A DNA stretch of 63,908 nt from Octopus bimaculoides (Eukaryota): positions 95,621,391 through 95,685,298 of the forward strand of contig NC_068981.1 in assembly GCF_001194135.2 (NCBI RefSeq), given 5' to 3'. Numbering within the stretch: position 1 is the first letter of the stretch; each line of letters starts with the position of its first letter. Under the pieces are notes generated by a model. That model ran no database searches. It was given only the letters and a program-made list of their open reading frames with translations, and was not told where the DNA came from. The position numbers were made by a program, and so were the translations under genes. Shown here piece after piece: positions 14,650 through 27,630 of the stretch.

Positions 14650-14858
14650 CAGTAATCCTTCGAGTATCGTGTGTGCTACGTTCCAAAACCCACCGCGATA
14701 GGTGGAAATCTACGAAGTAGAAACAGTACTGTACTGTATGTATTTTATAATTATTTTTATAATTTGTATATACTTATTTTATAATAAATGCCAAACAACA
14801 TCACAGAGGAATCGACGTAAGCTTAAATAATAAACAGTGATATGGCAAAGGATTACTG
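14650..14858. mobile_element. Tc1/mariner (pogo/Tigger-type) MITE
   Basis: TA|CAGTAATCCTT ... AAGGATTACTG|TA: 11-bp TIRs and TA target site duplication. Confidence 0.75.
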
Positions 14859-15760
14859 TACTTCAATGTTTTGGTAACTGACAGAATAACTGGAATAGTC
14901 ATCGTCGAACCTGACAGTGGATCCACTTACTTTTTTACACACACACGCGTTAATGTAACAAATCTTTAGTTGGGGAAACAGTACGAAGCGATAGCCCCGA
15001 AGCTTCAACAAAGTGATGTGTTAGGGATCTTCATATCTTTATTTATATACCTTTTAGGTGGAGGTAAAGAGTACGTAACCCTAACCCTAAACGCCTACAC
15101 TTTATATCCAAACCATTTTGTTTAAATATGAAGACATGTACACATGTATGGTTCATTCGTTTATACTCTTTCCTGGACTTGTGCTTAACTTAAATAAAGA
15201 AATGAATAAAGACGAAGGTTCAATTGCTGAAGTCCCCAGCAACAAAAACGTTGTTGTGCTAAGCACATAGAAACTTTTATTTCGGTTAGCCGTAAATGAG
15301 TAGCATTTGTGGGTCCACTGCGAGAAGAGGCCGAGTAGGTTAGAAGTGGATACTCTTTATTGGGTTGCCTTAGCTAACAGGTATTGCAGAAGGAGGGAAG
15401 TTTCCGTTCGTGTATTTATTGAGCACTTGTAGTTCATGGGATTGCATATGCATGGATGTTCTTCATTTCAATAATTAAAATAAAGGTTATTCCTTACGTA
15501 GGCATGAAACCTAGCAAGTTTATATCTGTATTAAAAGTGTTAGCAGCATAAGAGGAATCACTTCCACTGGGAGCAGTGACTGGATTACTGATGTAGAGAA
15601 GATAATAGGCGGTTAATCAACTCAGTGACGGGAATATTACGGACAAATCATTTTTTTTTTGTTAGACGCCATAGATAAAAGGCAGGCTTGACTCAGAAAA
15701 AAATTTGAATTTATAACAGCAACATTCTAAACTAGATAACGTAAAGTATATAGGTTGGTT

Positions 15761-16400
15761 GGATCTATTTTAAAACGGGGGCGCCAGTTTTCATTTATGT
15801 TTTACGTAGTGTTTTTGGTACGGAAAGACTTTCAAACTTCGTATACTTATCTATTTTGTGTTATAGAACAGAAAAATATTTTTGTATTCGAATTTATTTC
15901 ATGTAAAAAATTGTCTTATTTCGATAATTTCTACTAATCACTGACGTCTATTCAGTTGAAAACAGTTAGCGCTGTAACGGTGTATAACGTATTAATCCCC
16001 TAACCCTAACTAGACTGTTAACCGTAACCGTAACCCTAACTCTAGAATCCGAACTCTAAAATTGTTACACACATAGATACGCACAGCGTAATTTATTATA
16101 TAAACAATATATGCGTATAAATTACAATTAAACCGGATGAAATATGTCACAGGGAATAACATTTTTATGACCGCCCAGCAGTAACTCTATTGAGCTGAAT
16201 AGACGTCAGTGATTGGTTGAAATTACAGAAATACGACAACTTTAACATGGAATAACTTGCGAATTCCTTTTTTTTTTTGTTAAGAAGACTAAGAGTAAAA
16301 GATGTTTTATATGACACATTCTACCAGTGTCCCAAGTTTCAAAGTGTTTCGTTAGTGTTTCGTTAAGAAAATACTGGCGCCCCCGTTTTAAAATAGATCC
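15761..16400. mobile_element. Intact 640-bp MITE with 28-bp perfect TIRs and an 8-bp TSD (Merlin-like by inference)
   Basis: GGATCTATTTTAAAACGGGGGCGCCAGT at 15761-15788, with its exact reverse complement at 16373-16400. Direct flanks GGTTGGTT at 15753-15760 and 16401-16408. Internal perfect 20-bp inverted repeat at 15936-15955/16195-16214. Confidence 0.85.
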
Positions 16401-16617
16401 GGTTGGTTCGGTATTAATCCAGGCCAGCGTCACATACCTGTTGTTATATCATGCATGACGAAACGAGAAGGTAAATCAATACCTTTTCAAGAGTTTAAAT
16501 GGCGAAAGTGAAGTGAAATAATTCAGTTTCACTTTCTTGAAAATTTAGCGTCGAGCTCTTTCTTATTAACAGTTCACAAAAGATTTGTGAATAAAAAAAC
16601 AGCCTTGTATTTAGACA

Positions 16618-17207
16618 GTGAGCTGGCAAACGCGTCAGACAAAATGCTCAGCGGCGTTTCTTGTGGTTTTAATGTTCTGAGTTTAAATTACACCGAGGTT
16701 GACTTCGCCTTTCTTCTTCTCGAGGTCGGTTAAATAAATGCAAGTTAAACACGGGGTGATGTAATCAAGTTGTCTCTTCCCTTAAAACTGCTGGCCTTGT
16801 GCCTAAATTTGAAACCATTATAATTATTATTATGGTGGCGAACTAATAGAATCTTTAGCACATCAGACAAAATGCTTAGTGGCATTTCTTCCGGCTATAC
16901 GTTCCAAGTTCCAATGCCACCAAGGCCGACTCTGTCTTCCATTCTTTCGGATTTGATAAAATATGTACCAGTCAAGTACTGGAATCGATGAAATCGACTC
17001 CTTCCCTTAAAAAAATTTCTGGCTTTGTGTCTATAGTAGAAAGGATTATAATAGCAAGGTGACACGCCAGGCAAAATGTTTAGAGGTATTTCTTTCGGCT
17101 TTATGATCTGAGTTCAAATGTCGCTGAGGTCTATCTTTCATCTTTTCGGGGTCGATAAAGTAAATACCCACAAAATTTCAGGTCTTGTGCCTATGATAAT
17201 AATAATA
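16618..17207 (+). mobile_element. Three head-to-tail copies of tRNA-derived SINE family B
   Basis: Units at about 16618-16830, 16832-17052 and 17056-17207 repeat caaaatgcttag...gagttcaaat...ccttgtgccta..(ATA)n. Confidence 0.7.
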
Positions 17208-18324
17208 AGAAGAAGGAAGATAAAAGGCATTGCAGCATCGGAAAAAAGGGTGCTTTCTGCCGGTTCTTTACATTCTAAGCTCAAGTTTCGCAGAGACCAA
17301 CTCTGCTTTTCAAATTTCCAGAATAATAAAAGAAAGTACCTGTACAAATCGACTAACCCCCACTCCTCTTAAAATTACTGTCCATGTGCCTAAATCAGAC
17401 ATAATTACTGGAGATATGAAAGGATAACTCAATCTGTAAAGAATTAGATGTCATGACGAATCTAAATAAAATACTATAAGATATTTAGTCTGGTGCACTG
17501 CAGTTTCTGAGGATATCAACACCTTCAAACTATATATTTTTTTTTACACAAAATCACATATACATGTATGATGTATATGAATTACTGGATGTATAGCCTT
17601 TATAACAACATAATGATTTACACATGAGACACTTAACTGCATGCCTCCTCTTTCTATCACTCGTTATACATATATATCTCTTACCATGAGCTTGAGAAGA
17701 CAGACCAGCAAAAATGAAAAAAACGGATGGTAAGTGTGAGAGAGAGAGAGAGAGGGGGGGGAGAGAGTAAAGAAAGTGAAAGAGTGGACGGACAAGTAAT
17801 ATGGTGTGTCAGAGAATGCAAAGCGATGGAAAATTTAACAGTGTGTATGTGTGGAGAGAAAGAGAGACAGTAGAGAATAAGAGAGAAGAGCTAGAAACTG
17901 ACTAAGTAAGACAACGGATGAGAATGACTAATCTCGTATTGGCTAGCCTATCATCAGAAACAGGATAATGTCTTCCATTAGATGCTGTTAATACCCTCAT
18001 CAAGTTTTAAATCTTAACAATGGCTTTTGAGATTTATAAACCTCTTCGGTATGATGAAATTACTTCTTAGAAGAGTTTTAAATTGCAATGTATATACGTG
18101 AATATATTAACGGGTAAATAACTTAAATAAGGATTTCTAACACTAAAAAGCAACAGGTTCTGTCTGGGTGAAGTGAGTGAGTATTTAATTTAATTGCGAC
18201 AGTTATTTTAATCAATACAAGGGCTTTAGAAAGCAAAGTTCACTCTGGCAAGATTTAAACTCAGTAAGGAGAGCTATATCTAAATTTCTCAAAGCATTTT
18301 GAGTGGGTACATAAAAGCACTCAA

Positions 18325-18486
18325 TACACTCTCGGAGTGGTTGGCGTTAGGAAGGGCATCCAGCTGTAGAAACTCTGCCAAATCAGATTGGAGCCTGGTG
18401 TAGCCATCTGGTTTCACCAGTCCTCAGTCAAATCGTCCAACCCATGCTAGCATGGAAAGCGGACGTTAAACGACGATGATGATGAT
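18325..18486 (+). mobile_element. RTE 3'-tail fragment (young copy)
   Basis: Near-identical to 33338-33489 and to the reverse complement of 63345-63510; ends in (GAT)n. Confidence 0.85.
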
Positions 18487-20494
18487 TTTGTCTAATGTTA
18501 CACCACTGAGTAGCAAGAATTTCCTTCGCAATATCAGGAGATAGCATTTGATATCCAATGAGATGGATATGTCGTACGTGCTCACCAAACTTCAAGTTAA
18601 ATGATGCACAGTCAAACTGTTTTTAAAATATATATATGTAACACCTACCAAATATGCTGAGTGCCATTTTCTTTTATTCGTCCACCCATGCACACACACA
18701 CACACACACATTAATCATTATATCGACCAGATTCAAGCATGGCTGGAATGTGCCATCAATACTGTGTCTTGAACTAGAATCCTTCCAATATTCTCAAGTT
18801 TCTTAGTATATGTGTAGACTTATTTCTGCGAGTGTGTAAATTTAGTATTTAGTATTTGGATGAGTGAAGATACCCGCACCAGACACCTTCTACTATCTAT
18901 TTAGGTGAACTATGGTTTTTGAGTTAACAGTTCGACTAGACTTCCCTTCTCATCACTCAGATACCAATAAAACAAATACTAGTAGCAGACTGATGTCAGT
19001 TACGTTGCTTGTATTTCTATTTTTCTTTAAAGTGGTAAAACATTAGGCAGAATAAGTTGTATTTGGTTGTAACATGATGAATAATGGCTACATGCACACA
19101 CATCCCAGACAATATCCAAGGTATTACAGCCTTTAGCCCATTGATATGCATAGTTCTTCCTATTTCTCTTCTGTTACTACAGCAATAGTTTTTACTCCCC
19201 TGAACTAGCAAGTTTAGTATTACCTTTGTCCCAACTCCTTAACTGTATCTACCTGTCTTCTTATTGTTCCTACTGTCTCATTTCAAAAGACTTTGTACAA
19301 AACGTACAATGAAGAATGTCAGACCATATTTTCCCAAACAAACATTAAGAAACTAAATAATTAACCTCAAGTTGGGGATACCTGCAATGAGTATGGCACA
19401 CAGATCTTTCTCAGATTAATTAACAGTGATGATAATGATGATGATGATCCATTCTACAAAAGGCACAAAGCTTGAAATCTGGGGGACGGGGTAGTTGATT
19501 GCACTGACCCTAAAACGATGAAAAGCAAAGTCAATCTCAGCATAATGATATTGATGATGATGATGATGCTTCTAACATAGAACCTAGACCTGATATTTAA
19601 TGAGAAAGGAATAGTTAAACTAATCTCGGCAGGATTTGAACCAAGAACATAAAAATTCAGAAGAAACACTGCAAGGTACTTTTTCTGATGCTCTAAGAAT
19701 TTTGCCAATCTGCAGGCTTTAATGATACTAAGAGCATAGGAATATTTAAAACAAAATTTTTAACATTATCACAAAAGGAAATAAAGGAAGAAGTAGTTGT
19801 TGTAAATTAACATATTATATAAAGTTGTTATGTTAAAATATGGCTATTTAGCTGAAGGGCTCTTAGTGTGTAGTTGTAATATTCAATAACATTAATTTTA
19901 CTTCTGTTAATAATTATTTTTATGAACAGAACAAACATGAAAACAAATGACCTAATGCTGCCTAACTCAAAGTAAGCCAAAGTAAAGCACTATTATATCA
20001 GATACTTTGTCTTATGAAGTCATGGAATGATATTTCAGACAATATCTAAAACAAAACTATGAAGCAAAAATAATTGAGTAGACTACCAACTTATGGGTCA
20101 CAATTTCAAATGTTGCCTCAATTTACAAAGCTGCCAAAAACAGGTTTCACAAAGTGTGGGTATACTGGATCATATTCAAGGGTAGGGTTGTCTCTCATTT
20201 GCTTATTGCTACTGGACTATGAACTCTCTGAAGTTTGTGAAATGATTAACTCTTAGTGACACCATCATTAATGTTATGTCACCTTTTTTTTAAACACCAG
20301 CAAAGCATAATCGATTTTGTAAGATAGCAACTTTTCCACAACTCAATTTTGTGCCATCACTCTGATAAGGCCTTATCCTGATGCTTTCTTAACAGGTTGA
20401 TAATACTGTCTGATGATACCTACCTAGTCATGCATATTACTCACGCACAAGATGTCATACACTTGCTCTTGGTACATTTGGATCTGTTTCTAAG

Positions 20495-20630
20495 CCAGGC
20501 ATGGGGAACCTTTCTTGAGAAGTGGGCCAGATGAAACACAACTAATCATCAGATAAGCCATACTACTTCAGCAATTCAATGTTATTTTTCCTTAGGCATG
20601 CCATCCAAGAAAGTGGGCTATGTCTACGAA
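20495..20630. mobile_element. hAT/Charlie-like MITE fragment; related sequence at about 4540-4650, and a CAGGGGTTCTCAAAC-like end at about 46377
   Basis: Starts CAGGCATGGGGAACCTT, resembling Charlie TIRs. Shares gagaagYgggcc and tagRcatgccatYcaa blocks with 4540-4650. Confidence 0.35.
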
Positions 20631-22407
20631 AATTATAAATGTTCCTATACATTGATTTATTCTAAAAAGTACAAATTCCTCTTACACTTAATTTACCAAC
20701 TCAGTACAAGACATCTGTAATTAAATTGTTTTTGTGGATAGTAAATAGGGAGAGTTAAAAGTTACAGGCAAAAGGAAAACTTAAACACACACACACACAC
20801 ACACACATATTTTCCTTCAATACGACTACCAAATATAAACATAATTAAAAAAAGGATTAATTTACAAGTGTTATTTGTATTGACTGATATTTAAGAATTT
20901 CACAGATATGGAACCACCCAAATGATACTTTTAACATTTTATCTCCATTGGTTCAAAGAGGCTGAAAGTAAATACACACAATAGCTAAATATTTTACTAC
21001 AGTAATTTCATATGAGGATCTAAATATATACATAAATACATAAAACCATTGACTAATTATGCCAGTACACTGATTATTATATACTGTCTTTAAAATGTAT
21101 TAATGAATTAGCCAAGGCTTATGAAGTACACAGAATGTGTGCCTCAAATATAAATTAATTTAATCCTTACAGATATATATATATATATATATGTAAATAC
21201 ACATACACACATGCATACTGGGTGTGTAATTAAGAAGTTAGTTTCATAACCACGTGGTTTCAAGCTTAATTCCACTGTGCAGTAAGTTGAGTAGTGCCTT
21301 AAGCTATAGCCTCAGGCTGACCAATGCCTTGTGAGTGAATTTGGTTGAGAGAAACTGTGCAGGAGCTTGTCATATACATGTGTGCATAGATTAATGTTTG
21401 TGTTTGTCTCCCACCATTCAAGAACCTGTATTGGTGTTTGTTTAAGTCCGTGTAACGTAGTAGGCTGGCAAAAAAAGAGCAACAGAATAAATACCAGATT
21501 TTAAATAAATTTTGAGGTGATTTGGTCTGCTGCATTTGAAAGCAGTGCCTCATCATGGCTGAAGTCCAATGAACAAAACACAACTGAAANNNNNNNNNNN
21601 NNNNNNNNNNNNNNNNNNNNNNNNNNNNNNNNNNNNNNNNNNNNNNNNNNNNNNNNNNNNNNNNNNNNNNNNNNNNNNNNNNNNNNNNNNNNNNNNNNNN
21701 NNNNNNNNNNNNNNNNNNNNNNNNNNNNNNNNNNNNNNNNNNNNNNNNNNNNNNNNNNNNNNNNNNNNNNNNNNNNNNNNNNNNNNNNNNNNNNNNNNNN
21801 NNNNNNNNNNNNNNNNNNNNNNNNNNNNNNNNNNNNNNNNNNNNNNNNNNNNNNNNNNNNNNNNNNNNNNNNNNNNNNNNNNNNNNNNNNNNNNNNNNNN
21901 NNNNNNNNNNNNNNNNNNNNNNNNNNNNNNNNNNNNNNNNNNNNNNNNNNNNNNNNNNNNNNNNNNNNNNNNNNNNNNNNNNNNNNNNNNNNNNNNNNNN
22001 NNNNNNNNNNNNNNNNNNNNNNNNNNNNNNNNNNNNNNNNNNNNNNNNNNNNNNNNNNNNNNNNNNNNNNNNNNNNNNNNNNNNNNNNNNNNNNNNNNNN
22101 NNNNNNNNNNNNNNNNNNNNNNNNNNNNNNNNNNNNNNNNNNNNNNNNNNNNNNNNNNNNNNNNNNNNNNNNNNTGTTGTGTGTACTGCATATGAATGAG
22201 TGGTGAGAAAGATTAGATGTTTAATCTTCATTAACATCCACTGCCTGATGCAGTTCTTTTCATGATTTTTCATTTCTAAGACCTGTTCAAGTGAAATAAA
22301 CAGGTTTCCTCAACAACAATCTGCATTTCTTTTTTGAGTAATTCATTTTGTTCGCTTCCGTTATTATAATTGAAAACAAACCCTGCTTCCTTAAACCCTT
22401 TTATTAC

Positions 22408-22575
22408 ATTCTAATAATAAACTCTTGAATCTTCTTAATACTATTGCATCTATCTTTGTATAAACCTATATCTTTTGTCGTTTTTGTTTCTTTAAACACT
22501 GCGACTGCAGGACTCTTTTCCTGTATATAGAATACTAAATTGTCATCAACATCAATCTGGTCTGGTAATCTCTTA
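22408..22575 (-). CDS. Candidate 168-nt exon, or fragment of a decayed ORF
   Basis: Acceptor attgcctttctgtag|, open frame KRLPDQIDVDDNLVFYIQEKSPAVAVFKETKTTKDIGLYKDRCNSIKKIQEFIIR, weak donor AT|GTAATA. Phase 2 at both ends. Confidence 0.25.
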
Positions 22576-24649
22576 CTACAGAAAGGCAATTATATGAACA
22601 AGAGCCCTAGTTCTTCCTCTGTTAAACATGTAAAAATGATTAAATCAAACAAAAGCATATGCAGAAGCTTGCTATCCAATAAGATATCAGGGCATCTATT
22701 GTGTGAGATACAAATAAAATATTATCAAAAGCTTTTAAGGAATTAGTTCTCTGGCCTTAAAATCATCTTATTACAATATATATTTATGTTTGTTTGTTTC
22801 AATTTTAAAAATCTCAAATCAAATAGTGATTCATTATTAGCATATAAATTAGTTAATTTTTAAATAAAATACTAATATTCTAAATAATCAAGATACAATA
22901 TTCAAAATTAATTTGGTATTAAATTTCCTGATAAATAAGGATATAAAATATAAAAAAAATTCTTATTTCAAATATAGAAATTCGATGCATATTGCTAATT
23001 AAAATCATTTCATATGGCATCCTTGAGTAAACTAATTATTTTCTGCATATCATTTGCAACAATCAATTCATATTATCATAGAAATCCAGGAGGTACATCA
23101 GCTCACTGCAGTAACTGCTACAAATCATAGGGTTTTGATTTAGCAACTTGAATTTAATTAAAGAAAATACAAAACTTTTAAGCATATACAACAGAATACA
23201 GAGAATGGGAAAGACCCAAGATAATTTCCAGGGATGTAATTGAAAGTCATTGTTACAAAGTTTGAGCTAGACAAATTTGCTGCTGGCTGGCAGCCAGATA
23301 TTAAACTAGACCAGCCATAACAGGCACTAAAGAATTAGAGCAAATTATCAGCAGGGGAAGACAGAGCAGATAAAATTAAAATTTGCTCTAGAAATCACTT
23401 TGTATGCCTGGCAACAGACAGCTAGGTTACAGTTTTTAAGTAAGCTTATCTGCCCTATCAGGTGAATGCATTATGCAGTATAATATAAAAGCATCTAAAT
23501 ACAAACTATGTGTGTGCATCAATATATATATATATATATATATAAGATTTATGTGTATGTATACATACAAAAATAAGGCACACATCTCTATGTGAACATG
23601 CATGCATATATGTAATGTATGTGAAAAATGATTCCTATTCAGACAGACATCACTACGGATTTTCTCAACAGCCTGTGAAAATTAGGTATTAAGGAAAAAA
23701 AGTGGGGAGGAGATAATCTAAATAAACATTAGTTATTAAATAAATTACCAACATCATTTAAGTTACCAAATTTCTCACAGAAAAAAAAGGGGTGGGGGGT
23801 GGGAAATGCAGCTATATAAAAAATAAAGAACAAGTTGATAAAAGTTGCTATGAATCAAATATCACAGATCTATCTCTGAATATAACCTAACCTTAAATTA
23901 GCTGAGCATCCTCTATATGGTTGCTCAGCCTACCAGAAGTCGAAGCCAAATCTTCCACAAAACTACATACTTCCATTTTAAATAAGTGAATAAAGAAGAT
24001 TAAAAAAAAAAAAAACCGACACAATAAATAATGTAGACCTAGAAAATGAGATGAGATGGTAACAGCTGGAACACCTTTCATCATTATAAGACCAGTGGAT
24101 CAAGACTGACTAGGGCTAAACAACAGCTGCTTCAAAATAAGCCACCTATTTTCATCGAATCCATAGAGTGACTTTTGAAACATTAAAACCCAAGATTTCA
24201 GGTACATAAGTACTTCAATTTGGTTGAATCCACTCGACTGAGGAATCTGATAATTCAAACATGAACAGGTTAAAATAATAAATAAAATATCCTTTTGTCA
24301 TAGTAGTTTAATGGAAACTCTGAAATAAGAACAACAAAAAAAAAAAAGCACAATGTGTAAAGGTAGTTCTGTTGGAAATTTGTGTAACTTATAATAAATA
24401 ATAGATTACTGTGCACTTAATACAACACAATCACTGGGCAGTGATTCTAATGCACTGTTTAAGCTGGTGTTTATTTTAAATAATAGATGCAAGCACTGGT
24501 GAACCAAAACTGCAGCCACTTTACTAGATATAGTAATAAAATACTTTTTGCATAAGTGTGCAGCACTTGACTTTAAGTGCAAACACTAAGTCAGAGTTAT
24601 GAGGCTTAAAATTCTCTGAGCTTGGTCATATTAATGTGTATTGCAGAAA

Positions 24650-25050
24650 TTTACAGTAATGACTGGCAGTCACCTTGGTAACTATCAAAAGCTGTTTCAA
24701 AACTGTAACAACTCTTTTGAGCTTCTGCTTGGTCATCCTATCCAACCAGTTAGAAATAACAGTCAAATCTCTCTCAACTCAAACCCCAATGTACATTGGA
24801 TAATGAAGTCATACAGACCCCCTAAAGAGACATGACAATCATGGCTGGACTACTTTAGATCATAAGTATGTTTAGTCAAAGTTGACCTGGAAGCTAAACA
24901 GCAATAGTAAAGGAATTCAATTATTATTGTTGGGACTGTTGTAATCAAAAGGTGATCTGGCAGTAATTTATAAATATTGTTATCATGAACATAAAGAAGG
25001 GACTCAAAAGACCCAGTCTCCAGCAACATCACAGTGCTAACAACAATAAA
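24650..25050 (-). mobile_element. Possible ancient LINE RT remnant
   Basis: Fragments GS.LSPLLY-like and DLTVISNWLD resemble RT domains; heavily decayed. Confidence 0.3.
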
Positions 25051-25142
25051 AGCAATTTAAGCAAATTTGAAAGATGTATAAACATAATTGAAAAAAACAA
25101 GTAAAACTTCTTTCTTTGATCTCAGGTAAAGCAAAAGTTAAA

Positions 25143-27146
25143 CGCCAACAATCATCATACATCATCATCATCATCGTTTAACGCCTGCTTTCCATGCTGG
25201 CATGGGTTGGATGGTTTGACAGAGGACTGGTGAGCCAGAAGGCTGCACCAGACACAATCTGATCTGGCAAAATTTCTACAGCTGGATGCCCTTCCTAACA
25301 CCAACCACTCCGAGAGTGTAGTGGGTGCTTTTACATGCCACCGGCACAAGGGCCAGGCAGACAGTTCTGGCAACGACCACGCTCAAAAAGTTTTTTTTTA
25401 CATGCTATCTGCACGGGAGCCAGTCCAGCAGCACTGGCAACGAACATGCTTGAATGTTGTTTTTCTTGTGTCACCAACATGTGCTGGTAAGGCAACGCTG
25501 GTAGCAATCACGCATGAATGGTGCTTTTTACGTACCACCAGCATAAGAGCCAATCTGTGGCCCTGGCAATAGTCACGCTTGGATGTGCTTTTAACGTTCC
25601 ACTGGCACGGGTGCCAATCAAGCGGTACTGTCATCGGCCAAATCACCGATATTGATTTGATTTCACTTGCCTCAATAGGTCTTCGCAAGCTAAGTTTATT
25701 GTCCAAAGAATGAGGGGTGCTCATAAGTGGGCTGGTTACACCCCATGCTTGGATGTGTTTTTAATGTTCCACTGGCATGAGTGCCAATCAGGCAGTACTG
25801 TCATCAGCCACGTCAGTGATTTTGATTTCACTTGCCTCAATAGGTCTTTGCAAGCAAAGTTTATTGTCCAGTGAATGAGGGGTATTCATAAGTGGGTTAG
25901 TTACATTCATTGGCATAGGTCTCACTTGGCTAGTTGGGTCTTCTCAAGCACAGCATATCTCCAAAGGTCTCGGTCACTAGTCATTGCCTCAGTGAGGCCT
26001 AATGTTCAAAGGTCGTGCTTCACCACCTCATCCCAGGTCTTCCAGGGTCTAGTCCTTCCACAGGTTCCTTCAACTGCTAGAGTGTGACACTTTTTCACAC
26101 AGCTATCCTCATTCATTCGCAACACATGACCATACCAACGCAGTTGTCTCTCCTTACACACCACATCTGATGCTTCTTAAATCCAACTTTTCTCTCAGGG
26201 CGCTTATACTCTGTCATGTATGCACATTGACATTACACATCCAGCAGAGCATACTGGCTTCATTCCTTGCAAGCTTATGCATGTCCTCAGCAGTCACGGC
26301 CCATGTTTCACTGCCATGTAGCTTGGCTGTTTGTATATGTGTCATACAGTCTACCTTTTACTCTGAGTGAGAGGCCCTTTGTCGCCAGCAGAGGTAGGAG
26401 CTCTCTGAACTTTGCCCAGGCTATTCTTATTCTAGCAGCTACATTTTCAGAGCATCCACCCCAATACTGACTTGGTCCTCTTGGTAACAAAAGCTATCAA
26501 CTATTTCTAGTTTTTCTCCCTGGAATGCGACAGAAGCTGTTTCCTGCACATTTTCAGTGTTTATAGCACCTGAGCATTTGCCACATTCAAAAACTATCTT
26601 CCCAGTTAGCCTTCCTTTCAAATTGCTGTACCTCTTATGTGTCCACAGCTTACACCTGGTACGTCTTATGGAGTTTCTACCTACGCCTTTTCTACAAATT
26701 GAGCAGGGCCATCTATCTGAAGGAATTTGTGGTTTGTCTGCCTTCCTACTTATTAAGACTTTGGTTTTTGCTAGATTGACTCTTAGGCCTTTCGATTCTA
26801 ATCCTTGCTTCCACATCTGAAACTTTTCCTCTAGTTCTAATAGTGACTCAGCAATTAGAGCAAGGTCATCAACATAGAGGACTATGATGAATAAGAGGGG
26901 GCTGAGGACTGATCCTTGGTGGACCCCTACCCCTACCTGGAATTCTTCACTGTACTCGTTACTAAACTTCACCTTACTGACAGCATCCCTGTACATGGCT
27001 TGCACAGCTCTCACTAACCATTCATCTATCTCTAGTTTCCTCATTGACCACTAGATAAGGTGTCGGGGAGGGGGCTGTCAAAGACTTTCTCCATGTCAAC
27101 AAAAGCCAGGTACAGAGGTTTATCTTTGGCTAAGTATTTCTCCTGC
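25143..27146 (-). mobile_element. 5'-truncated RTE-clade LINE (RT, PHD-like finger, 3' UTR with a 170-bp tandem duplication, (GAT)n tail)
   Basis: ORF 26439-27044 contains HQGSVLSPLLFIIV, LYVDDLALIA and WPCSICRKGVGRNS. Preceded by LYLAFVDMEK-like sequence. 3' UTR duplication at 25574-25743/25744-25906. Confidence 0.9.
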
Positions 27147-27597
27147 ATAATAATAATAATCTTTTCTACTGGAGGCACAAGGACTCAAATTTGTGGGGAA
27201 GGGACTAATTGATTACGTCAACCTGAGTGTTTTACTGGTACTTAATTTATTGACCTCAAAAGGATGAACGGCAAAGACGACATTGGTGGAATTTGAACTC
27301 AGAACATAGTGACAGACGAAATACCGCTAAGCATTTCGCCCAGCGTGCTAACGATTCTGCCAGCTCACCATCTCTAATAGTAATAATAATAATAATATTA
27401 ATCCTTTCTACTACAGGCACAAGACCTGTAATTCTGGGGAGGGTGATAGTTAATTACAATAACCTCAGTATTTAACTGGTACTTATTTTATCAACCCTAA
27501 AAGGATGAAAAGCAAAGTTGACCTCGGTGGAATTTGAACTTAGAATGTCGTTAAGCATTTTGCCTGATATGCTAATGAATCTTCCAGCTCACCACCT

Positions 27598-27598
<1 letters not shown>
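27147..27598 (-). mobile_element. Two tandem copies of SINE family B at the 5' break of the RTE
   Basis: Both read (ata)n-cctttctact..ggcacaag...ggaatttgaact...gccagctcacc. Other copies at about 7220-7500, 19440-19720, 30010-30200 and 35010-35240. Confidence 0.8.

Positions 27599-27630
<32 letters not shown>

Noticed and set aside
15076-16050. TAACCC repeats suggesting interstitial telomere
   Set aside because: Only 2-4 imperfect units, mostly inside a MITE; not a telomeric array.
20445-20483. IQMYQEQVYDILC, resembling a kinesin motor segment, with a GTGAGT donor
   Set aside because: Poor acceptor, abuts a MITE, and no other kinesin exons were found.
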